From: Verrucomicrobiota bacterium
GTDB lineage: Bacteria > Verrucomicrobiota > Verrucomicrobiia > Limisphaerales > JACRJZ01
DNA length: 64,000 bases
Reading direction: 5' to 3'
Assembly: GCA_016219875.1 (NCBI GenBank)
Contig: JACRJZ010000150.1
Coordinates: forward strand, 870 to 64,869
The first letter of the stretch is position 1, and every line of letters begins with the position of its first letter. The notes below the pieces were generated by a model. That model saw only the letters and a program-made list of their open reading frames with translations, did not search any database and was not told where the DNA came from. The position numbers and the translations under genes were made by a program. Shown here piece by piece: positions 29,859 to 40,552 of the stretch.

Positions 29859-30017
29859 AGTTTTGTCCAGTTTCAGAGCACTTCGACGCAATCTTATCGA
29901 CACTTCGGGCCGTGAGCTTTAGCTGCCGAAACCGTCTTGGAAACCGAAATCCTTGGCAGGGACTGCGAGGGTCTGATCTCGCCCTTCAGGCGGAGTCTTG
30001 ACGAAATCCAGCCAGTC

Positions 30018-30779
30018 TCACCCGGCCTTGGCTGAGAAATTCCGGTTCGCCTCTTCCAACGTCTCCTTCGAGCCGATGTCGAACCATCTTCCCGGCACCT
30101 GCCAAGTGTAGAACGGGATCCGCGGATACATCCATTGGACCAAGCGGCCTGGCTGGTCAGGGTTGTTCCCCTCCTCCACGTAGCGCCGGATCAGACCGAG
30201 ACAGGCCCGCGGGTAGTAGTAGAGCGCGATGCCTGTGAGCGTGCTGGTCGGGTTCTTTGGTTTCTCCTCGAAGAACGTGATGCGCCCGTCCGCGTCGAGC
30301 GTGATGGCGTTGTACTTCTTGACCTCCTCCAGACTCCCCACGTCATAGACTGCCAGCACGGGCGCGTTCCGGCGGCGCACACACTGGCCGAAGTTCTCCA
30401 GACTGCGATCAAACAGATTGTCCCCCGCCACTACGATCAAGTCGTCGTCCACGCCGTGCCGGGTCAGCACGAAATGGATGTCACCAATGGCGCCAAGCTT
30501 GTTCGAGTCGTCCGTGGAACCGTCGTTGACGATGGTGAAGTCAAGTGGCTTGGCAGTGGTGGTGGCTGCGCGGTAGGCGTCGGCCCATTCTTGAAACTGG
30601 GCGGCGAACTTGGCGTTCGTGGCCACATAGATGTGCTGGACGCCTTCGATGGGGGCGAGGTTGTCCAGCACGTACTCGATCATCGGCTTGCCGGCCACGG
30701 GCAGCAGCGGTTTGGCGCGGGTCAGAGTCAGCGGGTACAGGCGGGTGGCGTAGCCAGCGGCGAGGAGGATGACGTTCAT
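30018..30779 (-). CDS. sugar-phosphate nucleotidyltransferase (NTP_transferase fold; G1P thymidylyl/uridylyltransferase-like)
   Basis: MNVILLAAGYATRLYPLT...KPLLPVAGKPMIEY is the canonical N-terminal signature. Its start overlaps the ptsI stop (30779 and 30783). Confidence 0.7.
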   Translation of the reverse strand: MNVILLAAGYATRLYPLTLTRAKPLLPVAGKPMIEYVLDNLAPIEGVQHIYVATNAKFAAQFQEWADAYRAATTTAKPLDFTIVNDGSTDDSNKLGAIGDIHFVLTRHGVDDDLIVVAGDNLFDRSLENFGQCVRRRNAPVLAVYDVGSLEEVKKYNAITLDADGRITFFEEKPKNPTSTLTGIALYYYPRACLGLIRRYVEEGNNPDQPGRLVQWMYPRIPFYTWQVPGRWFDIGSKETLEEANRNFSAKAG

Positions 30780-30782
30780 CGC

Positions 30783-32537
30783 TCAGGGATGGGGCATGCT
30801 CTCAAACAGGCTGGGCGCGGCCTGACGGGCCAGGGCTTCCGACCGGTCGAGGATTTCGCTGTGGGATTCGCAGTTCAGCGCGAAGGCGGCGAGGGCCTGG
30901 GCCTCGGGCATCTTCAGGCGGCGGATGAGAAACTTGATCTTGGGCACGAAGGCCGGCGCCACGCTGATCTCATTCACGCCCAGGCCGAGCAGCAACGGAG
31001 TCAGGCTCGGATCACTGGCCATCTCGCCGCAGACGCCCGTCCAAATGCCGTTGGCGCGCGCGGCGTCGGTGGTCATCTTGATCAAGCGCAGGATCGACGG
31101 GTGGGTCGGCTCGTAGAGATGCGCGATCTTGGCGTTGAGCCGGTCCACGGCCAGCGAGTATTGGATCAGGTCGTTCGTGCCCAGGCTGAAGAACTTCACC
31201 CGCTTGGCCAGCATGTCCGCCGCCAGCGCCGCGGACGGGATTTCGATCATGATGCCCACATCCATGTTCTCGTCGAACGGCACGCCTTCCGCACGCAACT
31301 CGGCGCGGCACTCCTCGACCAGCGCGTTGGCTTGGTTCAATTCATTCAAGCCGGAAATCATTGGATACATCATCTTCACGTTGCCTTCGGCGCTGGCGCG
31401 CAGAATGGCCCGAAGCTGCTTGCGAAAAAGGTCCTTCTCGTGAAGACAGAACCGGATGGCGCGCCAGCCCAGAAACGGGTTCATCTCCGGCGCCACGTTC
31501 AGATGCGAGATGAACTTGTCTCCGCCGAGGTCCAGGGTGCGGATGATGACGGGATGGGGTTTCAGCAGGGCCGCGACCTGGCGATAAGCCGAATACTGCT
31601 CCTCCTCGGTCGGCAGGCTGGTGCGGTTGATGAACAGGTATTCCGTGCGGTACAGCCCGACGCCTTCCGCGCCGCTGTCCATGACATCCTGGGCCTCAGC
31701 GGGCAGCTCAATGTTCGCGGAGAGCGCAATGGGTGAGCCGTCCAGAGTAACCGAGGCCTTATCGCGGGTTTCGCGGAGCTTCTCCTCGAGGCCGACCTGG
31801 CGCTTCACGAGCTGGCCGTACTCGAACAGCGTCTGGTCGGTCGGGCTGGTGATGAGCAGGCCGTTGAATCCGTCAATCAGGACGTGCTGGCCGGTGCGGA
31901 GTTCGGTGCTGGCCGTGTTCAAGCCCACGACCGCCGGGATGCGCAACGAGCGGGCCATGATGGCCGTATGGGAAGTCCGGCCCCCAATGTCCGTGGCGAA
32001 ACCCAGGACCATCCTCTTGTCCAGCACCGCCGTGCGCGACGGCGACAGATCGTTGGCGATGACGATGCACGGCTCGGTCAGATGCGCCAAGTCGATGCTT
32101 TCGCCGCGCCCCAGCAACACGTCGAGCACCCGCTGGGTGACGTCGCGCATGTCCGCGACCCGCTCCCGCAAAAAGTCGTCTTCGATCGCCGCCAGCGCGG
32201 CGGTGTAACTCTCGGCAGCGAGGTGAAATGCCGTCTCGACGTTGAGTTTCTCTTCCTGGATGCGCCGCGTCGCCTCATCTACCAGAGCGGGATCTTCGAG
32301 GACGAGGAGGTGGGCGTCGAAGATGCCGGCGTCTTTGGAGCCGATGTTCTTCGTGACCTTCTGTTGTACGGCCAGAACCTGCTGGCGCGTCTCCAGCATC
32401 GCCTGCTCCAGACGTTGAATGTGCTGCGGGATGTCGGCTTCCGTGATGGGGTAGCGCGGGATGCTGGTCTGATCGGCCGTTCCGAGAACGAGCGCCTTTC
32501 CGTGGCACACGCCATCGGAAACGGGAATGCCGCGCAT
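30783..32537 (-). CDS. ptsI: phosphoenolpyruvate--protein phosphotransferase (PTS enzyme I)
   Basis: Active-site His motif GGRTSHTAIMARSLRIPAVVG. The N-terminal HPr-binding domain and PEP-utilising TIM barrel (GTNDLIQY) are present. The start is probably MRGIPVSDGV (ATG reverse at 32535-32537); the ORF extends to 32570. Confidence 0.8.
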   Translation of the reverse strand: MRGIPVSDGVCHGKALVLGTADQTSIPRYPITEADIPQHIQRLEQAMLETRQQVLAVQQKVTKNIGSKDAGIFDAHLLVLEDPALVDEATRRIQEEKLNVETAFHLAAESYTAALAAIEDDFLRERVADMRDVTQRVLDVLLGRGESIDLAHLTEPCIVIANDLSPSRTAVLDKRMVLGFATDIGGRTSHTAIMARSLRIPAVVGLNTASTELRTGQHVLIDGFNGLLITSPTDQTLFEYGQLVKRQVGLEEKLRETRDKASVTLDGSPIALSANIELPAEAQDVMDSGAEGVGLYRTEYLFINRTSLPTEEEQYSAYRQVAALLKPHPVIIRTLDLGGDKFISHLNVAPEMNPFLGWRAIRFCLHEKDLFRKQLRAILRASAEGNVKMMYPMISGLNELNQANALVEECRAELRAEGVPFDENMDVGIMIEIPSAALAADMLAKRVKFFSLGTNDLIQYSLAVDRLNAKIAHLYEPTHPSILRLIKMTTDAARANGIWTGVCGEMASDPSLTPLLLGLGVNEISVAPAFVPKIKFLIRRLKMPEAQALAAFALNCESHSEILDRSEALARQAAPSLFESMPHP

Positions 32538-32670
32538 GATTCGTTCGCCAGTTTGTGCTCCGACTGACATCGGGAGTGATTAAAGCGCGTTCCAGCCGTT
32601 TGAAAAGACATTCTTCGGGCCGGGCGCACAACGCACCTGGGCCGTGCCGCCACCCGCTTCACGGCGCGTT

Positions 32671-34326
32671 TCAGCGATACAGCCGCCGCTCCTGCTTCCA
32701 ATCCTTATTTTTGTCGTGCCCCATTTCTGCCACGCGCGGACGGCGTTCGCGCAGGCGCAGCGACTCGATGCCGCAGTAGTAGCCCTGGGACTGCGCGTTC
32801 TTGCCCACGCATTCCAGGCGCAAGGTGTGCGGGCCCGGCTCGGGCCAGAAATCGAGAAGATGAAACTCCTCGCTGACCAAACTGGTGTTGAAGAAGTCCA
32901 TCCTGCCGCCCAGCTTCACTCCGTCGAGGTAAGCCTGGTATTGGCCGAAGTCGTAGGACTTGGTCATGTTGAGCAGCAGGCGCAACGGCTCCTTCTTCGT
33001 CACCTCAAATGGAATCTCCAGCCAGGCGTTGCTGGTATCCCGCGGCGTGTAGAGCAGATGCGGGCCGTCGTAGAGATCGACTTGCTGGCGGGTGACACCG
33101 CCGGCGCCGTGATGCTTTTCGTCGGCGCAATCCCGCGCATACACCGTCGTCCTTTCGAGGCTGGCCAGCTTGCGTTCCCTGGCGTGGGGGGCGCGCGCGG
33201 TGAAGGTGGATTCGCCAGTTTGGTACCAGAACGCGACGCTGGCGTAATCATCCTCACGCTCGTTCCAACTCATGCTCTTGTTGTCCGGATTCTCATCCGG
33301 CGCGATCCACCCGAAGTGTTCCAAGGTCACCTTGATGCCGGTGTTGAACACGATCGGGTCCGGGATGTGCCAGCGATACGCGCTGGTGTGGCCGCCCACG
33401 ATGCCCCATTGGTTGAAGTACGGCACACCGAAGTAAGGCGTGCTCGTCCGCTTGAGACCCCAGGCGGAAAGGAAGTAGTCCTCCGTGCCCGTGCCCCAGA
33501 TGGAGGGCTTGGCTTCGCCGTCGATGTAGATCTTCTCGTCGCCTTCGCCGAACCAGGCCGGGCTGCGCGTGCGCACGGCCAGCACCGTGCCGACGTAGTG
33601 GCCCTTGCCTTTCGTGTCGAGCAGAACGTAGTCCTGGCCCTTCTGCGCCGGATACTCCTGGCGGTACTGCGCATGGAAGTAGGGCGTGTCCCGCGGCAGG
33701 CTCTTCTTTTTGATCCAATCCACGTTGTAATAGAGAAGGTTGATCGCCTTGTCCGACTCGTTCACGATCTCGATGCGGGCCGACTTCCGAAACGGCATGG
33801 GCCAAAAACAATTGTAGGAATCGGCGTCCTCGACCACCACCGGCTGACTCACGACCTCGTTGCGCTGGCCAAAGCAGTTGGCAAAGAAGTCGCCCACCGG
33901 GGCTTCGACGGCGGGCCTCTCGCGTCCGTCCCAGTAAATGCGCAGCAGCATTTCCTGGTGGTTGGCTGAGCCTTGCTTGGCCCAGTTCTGTGGTTCCGGC
34001 CCCAGGAACGTCAGCCAGAGATGCGTAATCACGCCGGAGCCTTGGACATCCAGCAGGACGTTGGTGTGACCGGGCTGGACGCGGAAGTTGTCCGAGTTGC
34101 TCCGCTCGCTCAGGTCGCCTTTGGGATCGGCTTGGCGATCGTATTTGCCATCGCGGCCTTCGCGGAACGTGGACGTCGCCCTCATGCTGCGGCCTGATTG
34201 GGGCCGGGCCAGGTCGTCAAGAGAACCGGCGCGGACGTTCGACGGCGTCAAGCCAGGGAGCCACACCGCCAGCAGAACGGCGGTGAGGGCGGCAATTCGG
34301 GGAGCGGGATGGAGCATAGTGCGCAT
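32671..34326 (-). CDS. secreted DUF2961 (glycoside hydrolase family 172-like) protein with a C-terminal extra domain
   Basis: Signal peptide. Conserved WGTGTEDYF motif plus YWDGRERP, CFWPMPF and YIDGE regions typical of DUF2961. Confidence 0.7.
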   Translation of the reverse strand: MRTMLHPAPRIAALTAVLLAVWLPGLTPSNVRAGSLDDLARPQSGRSMRATSTFREGRDGKYDRQADPKGDLSERSNSDNFRVQPGHTNVLLDVQGSGVITHLWLTFLGPEPQNWAKQGSANHQEMLLRIYWDGRERPAVEAPVGDFFANCFGQRNEVVSQPVVVEDADSYNCFWPMPFRKSARIEIVNESDKAINLLYYNVDWIKKKSLPRDTPYFHAQYRQEYPAQKGQDYVLLDTKGKGHYVGTVLAVRTRSPAWFGEGDEKIYIDGEAKPSIWGTGTEDYFLSAWGLKRTSTPYFGVPYFNQWGIVGGHTSAYRWHIPDPIVFNTGIKVTLEHFGWIAPDENPDNKSMSWNEREDDYASVAFWYQTGESTFTARAPHARERKLASLERTTVYARDCADEKHHGAGGVTRQQVDLYDGPHLLYTPRDTSNAWLEIPFEVTKKEPLRLLLNMTKSYDFGQYQAYLDGVKLGGRMDFFNTSLVSEEFHLLDFWPEPGPHTLRLECVGKNAQSQGYYCGIESLRLRERRPRVAEMGHDKNKDWKQERRLYR

Positions 34327-34417
34327 AACGATTTACGAATTGAACTGAGTTTGATGGCGCGGACTTTATCGGGCCTCATCCGGAATGCAAGGACTGAGGG
34401 AGGCAATTTCCAAACCC

Positions 34418-34507
34418 CGTAGCAGCCGACGTAAGAAGGCTTCGCTCAATTGCAGATTGCAGATTGCAGATTGCGGATTGGAGTTGGAGCCTCCTCATGT
34501 CGGCAGG
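34418..34507. repeat. family A element variant with a (CAGATTG)4 microsatellite in the loop
   Basis: Arm CGTAGCAGCCGACGTAAGAAGGCT; loop with CAGATTGCAGATTGCAGATTGCGGATTG (34453-34480); arm GGAGCCTCCTCATGTCGGCAG. The arms have diverged. Confidence 0.5.
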
Positions 34508-34544
34508 GCGTTGGAACTCTCAGCCCGCTTGCCGTTTCCAACGT

Positions 34545-34630
34545 CTGCAGGTTAGAAAACCTGCGCTACGGCAGACCAGAAAGTCTGCGCTACGAGTGCT
34601 CCCGAACCGAGCTTGATGCAGCCCTGCCTG
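34545..34630. repeat. family B element fragment
   Basis: CTGCAGGTTAGAAAACCTGCGCTACGGCAGACCAGAAAGTCTGCGCTACGAGTGCTCCCGAACCGAGCTTGATGCAGCCC, carrying the right-hand terminal inverted repeat only. Confidence 0.5.
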
Positions 34631-34700
34631 GCGTCGTTACGGTGATTTTCGCCATTGACGATTCTTCCTTCGCCCCCAATCTTCCCCCCCGCTTGTTCGC

Positions 34701-36866
34701 ATGAAAACCGTCTTGTTTGTCTGCACGGGGAATGTCTGCCGCAGTCCCATGGCAGAAGGGCTGTTCCGGCACGCCACGCAGGGTCGCTTCCGCGTCCTGT
34801 CGGCGGGCTTGGGCGCGGTCGCGGGCATGTCTCCCAGCGACTACGCGGTGCGGGCCATGCGCGAGCTGGGCGTGGACATCGCCGGCCTCCGCAGCCAGCC
34901 GCTCACGGGCGAGTTGGTGCAGCAGGCCGATTACATCATCGGCATGACCCGCGGCCACGTGGAAAGCATCCTGGTGCTCTATCCGCAGGCGGCGGAGAAG
35001 ACGTTTCTGCTCCGCGAATTCGATGACACGCTGGAAGAATACGAGCGGGACATCAACGACCCCATCGGCGGGTCGTACGATATTTACTGCCTCTGCCGCG
35101 ACCAGATCGAGCAGGGCATTTTCTCCATGTTGAAATTCATTGAACAGACCTCCGGCTCTCCGGCTCCCGCCAGCGTGCCGGCCGCCGTCCACAACATCGC
35201 CGTGGGCGCGGACCATGGCGGCTTCGAACTGAAGGAAACGCTCAAGCAACACCTGCAAACCGGCGGGTGGGCCGTGAGTGATTTCGGCGCGAAGTCCAAA
35301 GAGCCGTCGGATGATTACCCGGATTTCGCGCTGGCCGTGGCGCACAGCGTGGCCGATCACCAGAACGACGTCGGGGTGCTGATCTGCACCAGCGGCATCG
35401 GCATGAGCATCGCCGCCAACAAAGTGCCCGGCGTGCGCGCGGCCCTGGCCGTGGACGACGCGATGGCGGCCGTGGCGCGCCGGCACAACAACGCCAACGT
35501 GGTCTGCCTTTCGAGCAAGGCCACACCCGAACAGGCAAAGAAGATCGTCGAGGCGTTCCTCGCGGCGAAATTCGAGGGCGGCCGCCACGAGCGGCGCATC
35601 AACAAGTTGGAAGCCGGCTGGAGAGGCCCCGCCTACAAGCTGCAGAGCGTTGATCCGGAGATTTACGAAGTCATCCAGCACGAGCGCCAGCGTCAGCAAG
35701 AGAACATTGAGCTGATCGCGAGCGAGAATTTCACCAGCCCCGCCGTCATGGAGGCGCAAGGTTCGGTGCTGACAAACAAATACGCCGAAGGCTATCCCTC
35801 CAAACGCTGGTACGGCGGCTGTGAGAACGTCGATACCTCCGAAACGCTGGCCATCGAACGGGCCAGGAAGCTCTTCGGCGCCGAACACGTCAACGTCCAG
35901 CCCCATTCCGGCAGCCAGGCCAACATGGCCTGCTACTTCGCCTTCCTGAAGCCCGGCGACCGGATGCTGACCATGGACCTCAGCCACGGCGGCCATCTGA
36001 CCCACGGCAACAAGGTGAATTTCTCCGGGAAGTTTTTTGAGATCGTCCATTACGGCGTCAGCAAGGACGACGAGCGCATCGACTACAACCAGCTCGCCGC
36101 GCTGGCCCGCCAGCACAAGCCCCGGATGATCACTGTGGGGGCCAGCGCCTATCCGCGCTTGATCGACTTCCAGCGCCTGAGCGAGATCGCGCAGGAAACC
36201 GGTGCGATGCTCCTGGCGGACATTGCGCACATTGCGGGGCTTGTCGTCGCCGGACTGCACCCCAGCCCGGTGCCGTACGCCGACTTCGTCACCACCACCA
36301 CGCACAAGACGCTCCGTGGCCCGCGCGGCGGCCTGATCATCTGCAAGGCGAAATACGCGAAGGAAATTGACTCGCAGGTGTTCCCCGGTATCCAGGGCGG
36401 CCCGCTGGAACATGTCATCGCCGCCAAGGCCGTCTGCTTTCAGGAGGCGCTCCGGCCGGAGTTCAAGTTTTACCAGCAACAAATCCTGGCCAATGCCCAG
36501 GCCCTGGCTGACGGCATGAAGCGAAACAGTTTCCGCCTGGTGAGCGGCGGCACGGACAATCACCTCATGCTGGTCGATGTGGGCGCGCGCGGCCTGACCG
36601 GCAAGGAATGCCAACTCGCGCTCGACGAAGCCGGCATCACCGTCAACAAGAACACCATCCCGTTTGAAACCCGCTCGCCGTTCCAGGCCAGCGGGGTCCG
36701 CCTCGGCACGCCGGCCGTGACCACACGCGGCATGAAGGAGAAAGAGATGGCCGCCATCGCCGACATGATCAGCGAGGTGTTGATGGACATCAAGAACCTT
36801 GACGCCGCCCGCAAGGTAAGGCAACGTGTCCGCGAACTGACTGCCGGATTCCCCCTGCCTTACTGA
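34701..36866 (+). CDS. single 721-codon ORF encoding three enzymes in frame: low-MW protein tyrosine/arginine phosphatase, ribose-5-phosphate isomerase B, serine hydroxymethyltransferase
   Basis: LMW-PTP P-loop [13 protein letters not shown] plus DPIGG. Rpi[14 protein letters not shown] and active-site [48 protein letters not shown] and PLP-lysine [13 protein letters not shown]. No stop codon between the domains; the linkers are [16 protein letters not shown] and [26 protein letters not shown]. Confidence 0.7.
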   Translation: MKTVLFVCTGNVCRSPMAEGLFRHATQGRFRVLSAGLGAVAGMSPSDYAVRAMRELGVDIAGLRSQPLTGELVQQADYIIGMTRGHVESILVLYPQAAEKTFLLREFDDTLEEYERDINDPIGGSYDIYCLCRDQIEQGIFSMLKFIEQTSGSPAPASVPAAVHNIAVGADHGGFELKETLKQHLQTGGWAVSDFGAKSKEPSDDYPDFALAVAHSVADHQNDVGVLICTSGIGMSIAANKVPGVRAALAVDDAMAAVARRHNNANVVCLSSKATPEQAKKIVEAFLAAKFEGGRHERRINKLEAGWRGPAYKLQSVDPEIYEVIQHERQRQQENIELIASENFTSPAVMEAQGSVLTNKYAEGYPSKRWYGGCENVDTSETLAIERARKLFGAEHVNVQPHSGSQANMACYFAFLKPGDRMLTMDLSHGGHLTHGNKVNFSGKFFEIVHYGVSKDDERIDYNQLAALARQHKPRMITVGASAYPRLIDFQRLSEIAQETGAMLLADIAHIAGLVVAGLHPSPVPYADFVTTTTHKTLRGPRGGLIICKAKYAKEIDSQVFPGIQGGPLEHVIAAKAVCFQEALRPEFKFYQQQILANAQALADGMKRNSFRLVSGGTDNHLMLVDVGARGLTGKECQLALDEAGITVNKNTIPFETRSPFQASGVRLGTPAVTTRGMKEKEMAAIADMISEVLMDIKNLDAARKVRQRVRELTAGFPLPY

Positions 36867-37015
36867 ATTTGTCGTTCGAGTAAGTCGTCCGGTGTCTCCA
36901 ACACACAGGCTGTTGGCTTGAAAACGATTCAAGCCCCTGGCGAAACGAATCTGGTTCCAGAGAAAAGACAGCCGTGCGGCGCCCTGCGCCACTAACATTG
37001 AACTAACTTTTACCT

Positions 37016-38692
<1,677 letters not shown>

Positions 38693-38733
38693 AGCCGCCC
38701 GCGGTTTCAGAAGCGGGGCCGCCCGCACCAGCA

Positions 38734-38939
38734 GGGCTGCACCAAGCTCCCGCCCGGCGCACAGGTAACGCAGGTTTTCAACCTGCCGTAGCGCCGACTT
38801 GCAGTCGGCAAGGCCGTGAAACGTCCCGCCGGCTGGCCTCTTCCAACGCTCGCCGGTTGGAAAACCGGCGCTACGGCAGACTGGAAAGTCTGCGCTACGA
38901 GTGCTCCCGAACCGAGCTTGATGCAACCTGCCGTGTCCG
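38734..38939. repeat. family B MITE-like element, complete, with terminal inverted repeats
   Basis: Left end GGGCTGCACCAAGCTCC, right end GAGCTTGATGCAACC. Internal GTAACGCAGGTTTTCAACCTGCCGTAGCGCC, GCCGACTTGCAGTCGGC, GCCGGTTGGAAAACCGGCGCTACGGCAGACTGGAAAGTCTGCGCTAC. Confidence 0.65.
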
Positions 38940-39025
38940 CCGCGCGCCTTTTTCCTTTCCGCCGCGCGCGGTTCGTGGCAAGTCTTCGCCGTTGACGCAA
39001 ATTCAATCACCGAAAAACTGCAACC

Positions 39026-40318
39026 ATGGAACAGATCAATCGTCGGACTTTCATCGGCGCGGCAGCGGCGGGCACCGTTGCCTTGGGCGGCGTCCTCAAC
39101 CAGGCGGACGCCGCAAGTGACACCGCCCAAAAACTCAAGCTGGGCCTGATCGGCTGCGGCTGGTACGGAATGGTGGACGCCAAGGCGGCGCTCAAGGTGG
39201 GCGGAGTGGAGATCGTCGCGCTGTGCGACGTGGACGGCGACCACCTCGCCAAGAACGCCGACGAAATCGAGAAACTCCAAGGCTCACGGCCGAAGACCTT
39301 CAAGCTTTACGACGACCTGCTCAAGACGCCCGGCCTTGAAGCGGTGATCATCGCCTCGCCGCCGCAGTGGCACGCGCTCCAGTTCATCGCGGCCTGTGAG
39401 AAGGGCCTCGACATCTACTGTGAGAAACCGCTCGCCTACGACCTCCGCGAAGGCCGGGCGATGGTGGAAGCGGCGAAGAAAAGCGGGCGCATCGTCCAGA
39501 TCGGCTTCCAGCGCCGCCAAGCCGCGGCCATCCGCCAGGCGCGCAGTTACATTCAGGAGGGCAACCCTGGCCGCGTCGTTTGCGTGGAAGCGCAGATTCA
39601 TTACACCGCCGGCACCAAGGACGCCACGCCGCAAGCCCCGCCGCCGTCGCTCGACTGGGACCTCTGGTGCGGCCCGGCCCCGAAGATTCCCTACAGCCCG
39701 CAAGTCGGCCACATGAACTGGCGGCTGGAGAAGACCACCGGCCACGGTCATCTCGTGGATTGGGGCATCCACCTCATCGACGCCACGCGCTGGATTCTGG
39801 GTGAATCGACACCCCGAACCGTTTCCGCCAGCGGCGGCATTTACCAACTCAAGGACAAGATCACCACGCCGGACGTGCTCACGGCACATTTCGAGTTTGA
39901 GAAATGCCCCGTCACCTGGCGCCACCGAATCTGGGGCGCGGAGGAATACGCGCCGGAAGTCTCCAACGGCCTCTTCTTCTACGGCGAGAAGGAAACCGTC
40001 TTCGTCACCGACGACAAGTGGATCGTCATCCCGCGCGGCAAGGGCAAGGAGCGCAAGGTCAACGAAGCCAAATCCGATGCCGGCAAAGCCCACATGGCGG
40101 ATTTCCTCGACGCGGTGCGGACGCGCCAACAACCGTCCTGCCTGATCGAAGATGCCTTCCAATCGACCGCCACGGTGAAGTTGGCCATGATCGCCTACGA
40201 CACTGGCGCGAAGATCACTTGGGACGGCAAGGCCGAACAGATCGTCGGCCACGACGCGGCGGCGAAACTGCTCAAACGGGAGTACCGCGCGCCGTGGCAA
40301 CATCCGTGGCGACGGTGA
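39026..40318 (+). CDS. Gfo/Idh/MocA family oxidoreductase with twin-arginine signal
   Basis: TAT motif NRRTFIGAAAAG. Rossmann LGLIGCGWYG. Family motif EKPLA. Confidence 0.75.
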   Translation: MEQINRRTFIGAAAAGTVALGGVLNQADAASDTAQKLKLGLIGCGWYGMVDAKAALKVGGVEIVALCDVDGDHLAKNADEIEKLQGSRPKTFKLYDDLLKTPGLEAVIIASPPQWHALQFIAACEKGLDIYCEKPLAYDLREGRAMVEAAKKSGRIVQIGFQRRQAAAIRQARSYIQEGNPGRVVCVEAQIHYTAGTKDATPQAPPPSLDWDLWCGPAPKIPYSPQVGHMNWRLEKTTGHGHLVDWGIHLIDATRWILGESTPRTVSASGGIYQLKDKITTPDVLTAHFEFEKCPVTWRHRIWGAEEYAPEVSNGLFFYGEKETVFVTDDKWIVIPRGKGKERKVNEAKSDAGKAHMADFLDAVRTRQQPSCLIEDAFQSTATVKLAMIAYDTGAKITWDGKAEQIVGHDAAAKLLKREYRAPWQHPWRR

Positions 40319-40360
40319 ACCGCGGCTTGCCATTGGGACCGGATTCACTACCTTGGGCGC

Positions 40361-40552
40361 ATGAGCGATAAACAGGCGGCGTTGGAAGCGATCCAGCGAT
40401 TGCCAGAGCGTGCCTCCTTCGACGACATCGCGAAGGAGATCGAGTTTCTGGCGGGCTTGCGTACCGCCGAAGACCAAGTGCAGCGCGGGCAAGTGCTCCC
40501 TCTTGAACAATTGGAGCGGAACCTGGAGCAATGGCTTTCGCCGTCATCGTAA
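40361..40552 (+). CDS. putative antitoxin (partner of the downstream RelE/ParE toxin)
   Basis: 63 aa. It overlaps the downstream toxin start by 22 nt (typical type II toxin-antitoxin arrangement). No strong family motif recognised. Confidence 0.5.
   Translation: MSDKQAALEAIQRLPERASFDDIAKEIEFLAGLRTAEDQVQRGQVLPLEQLERNLEQWLSPSS

Noticed and set aside
35140-35200. Possibility that the PTP-RpiB-SHMT continuity is a sequencing frameshift artefact
   Set aside because: There are two independent junctions, both in frame with no stop. The downstream domains begin exactly where expected after short linkers. A single indel error cannot create both. It is kept as a finding, with resequencing as the check.
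38760-38830. tRNA-like appearance of GTAGCGCAGGTTTTCAACCTGCCGTAGCGCC modules inside family B elements
   Set aside because: No cloverleaf can be drawn (no acceptor stem pairing, no T-loop GTTCRANYC). The motif is repeated many times as a simple inverted repeat. No tRNA or rRNA genes were found in the window.
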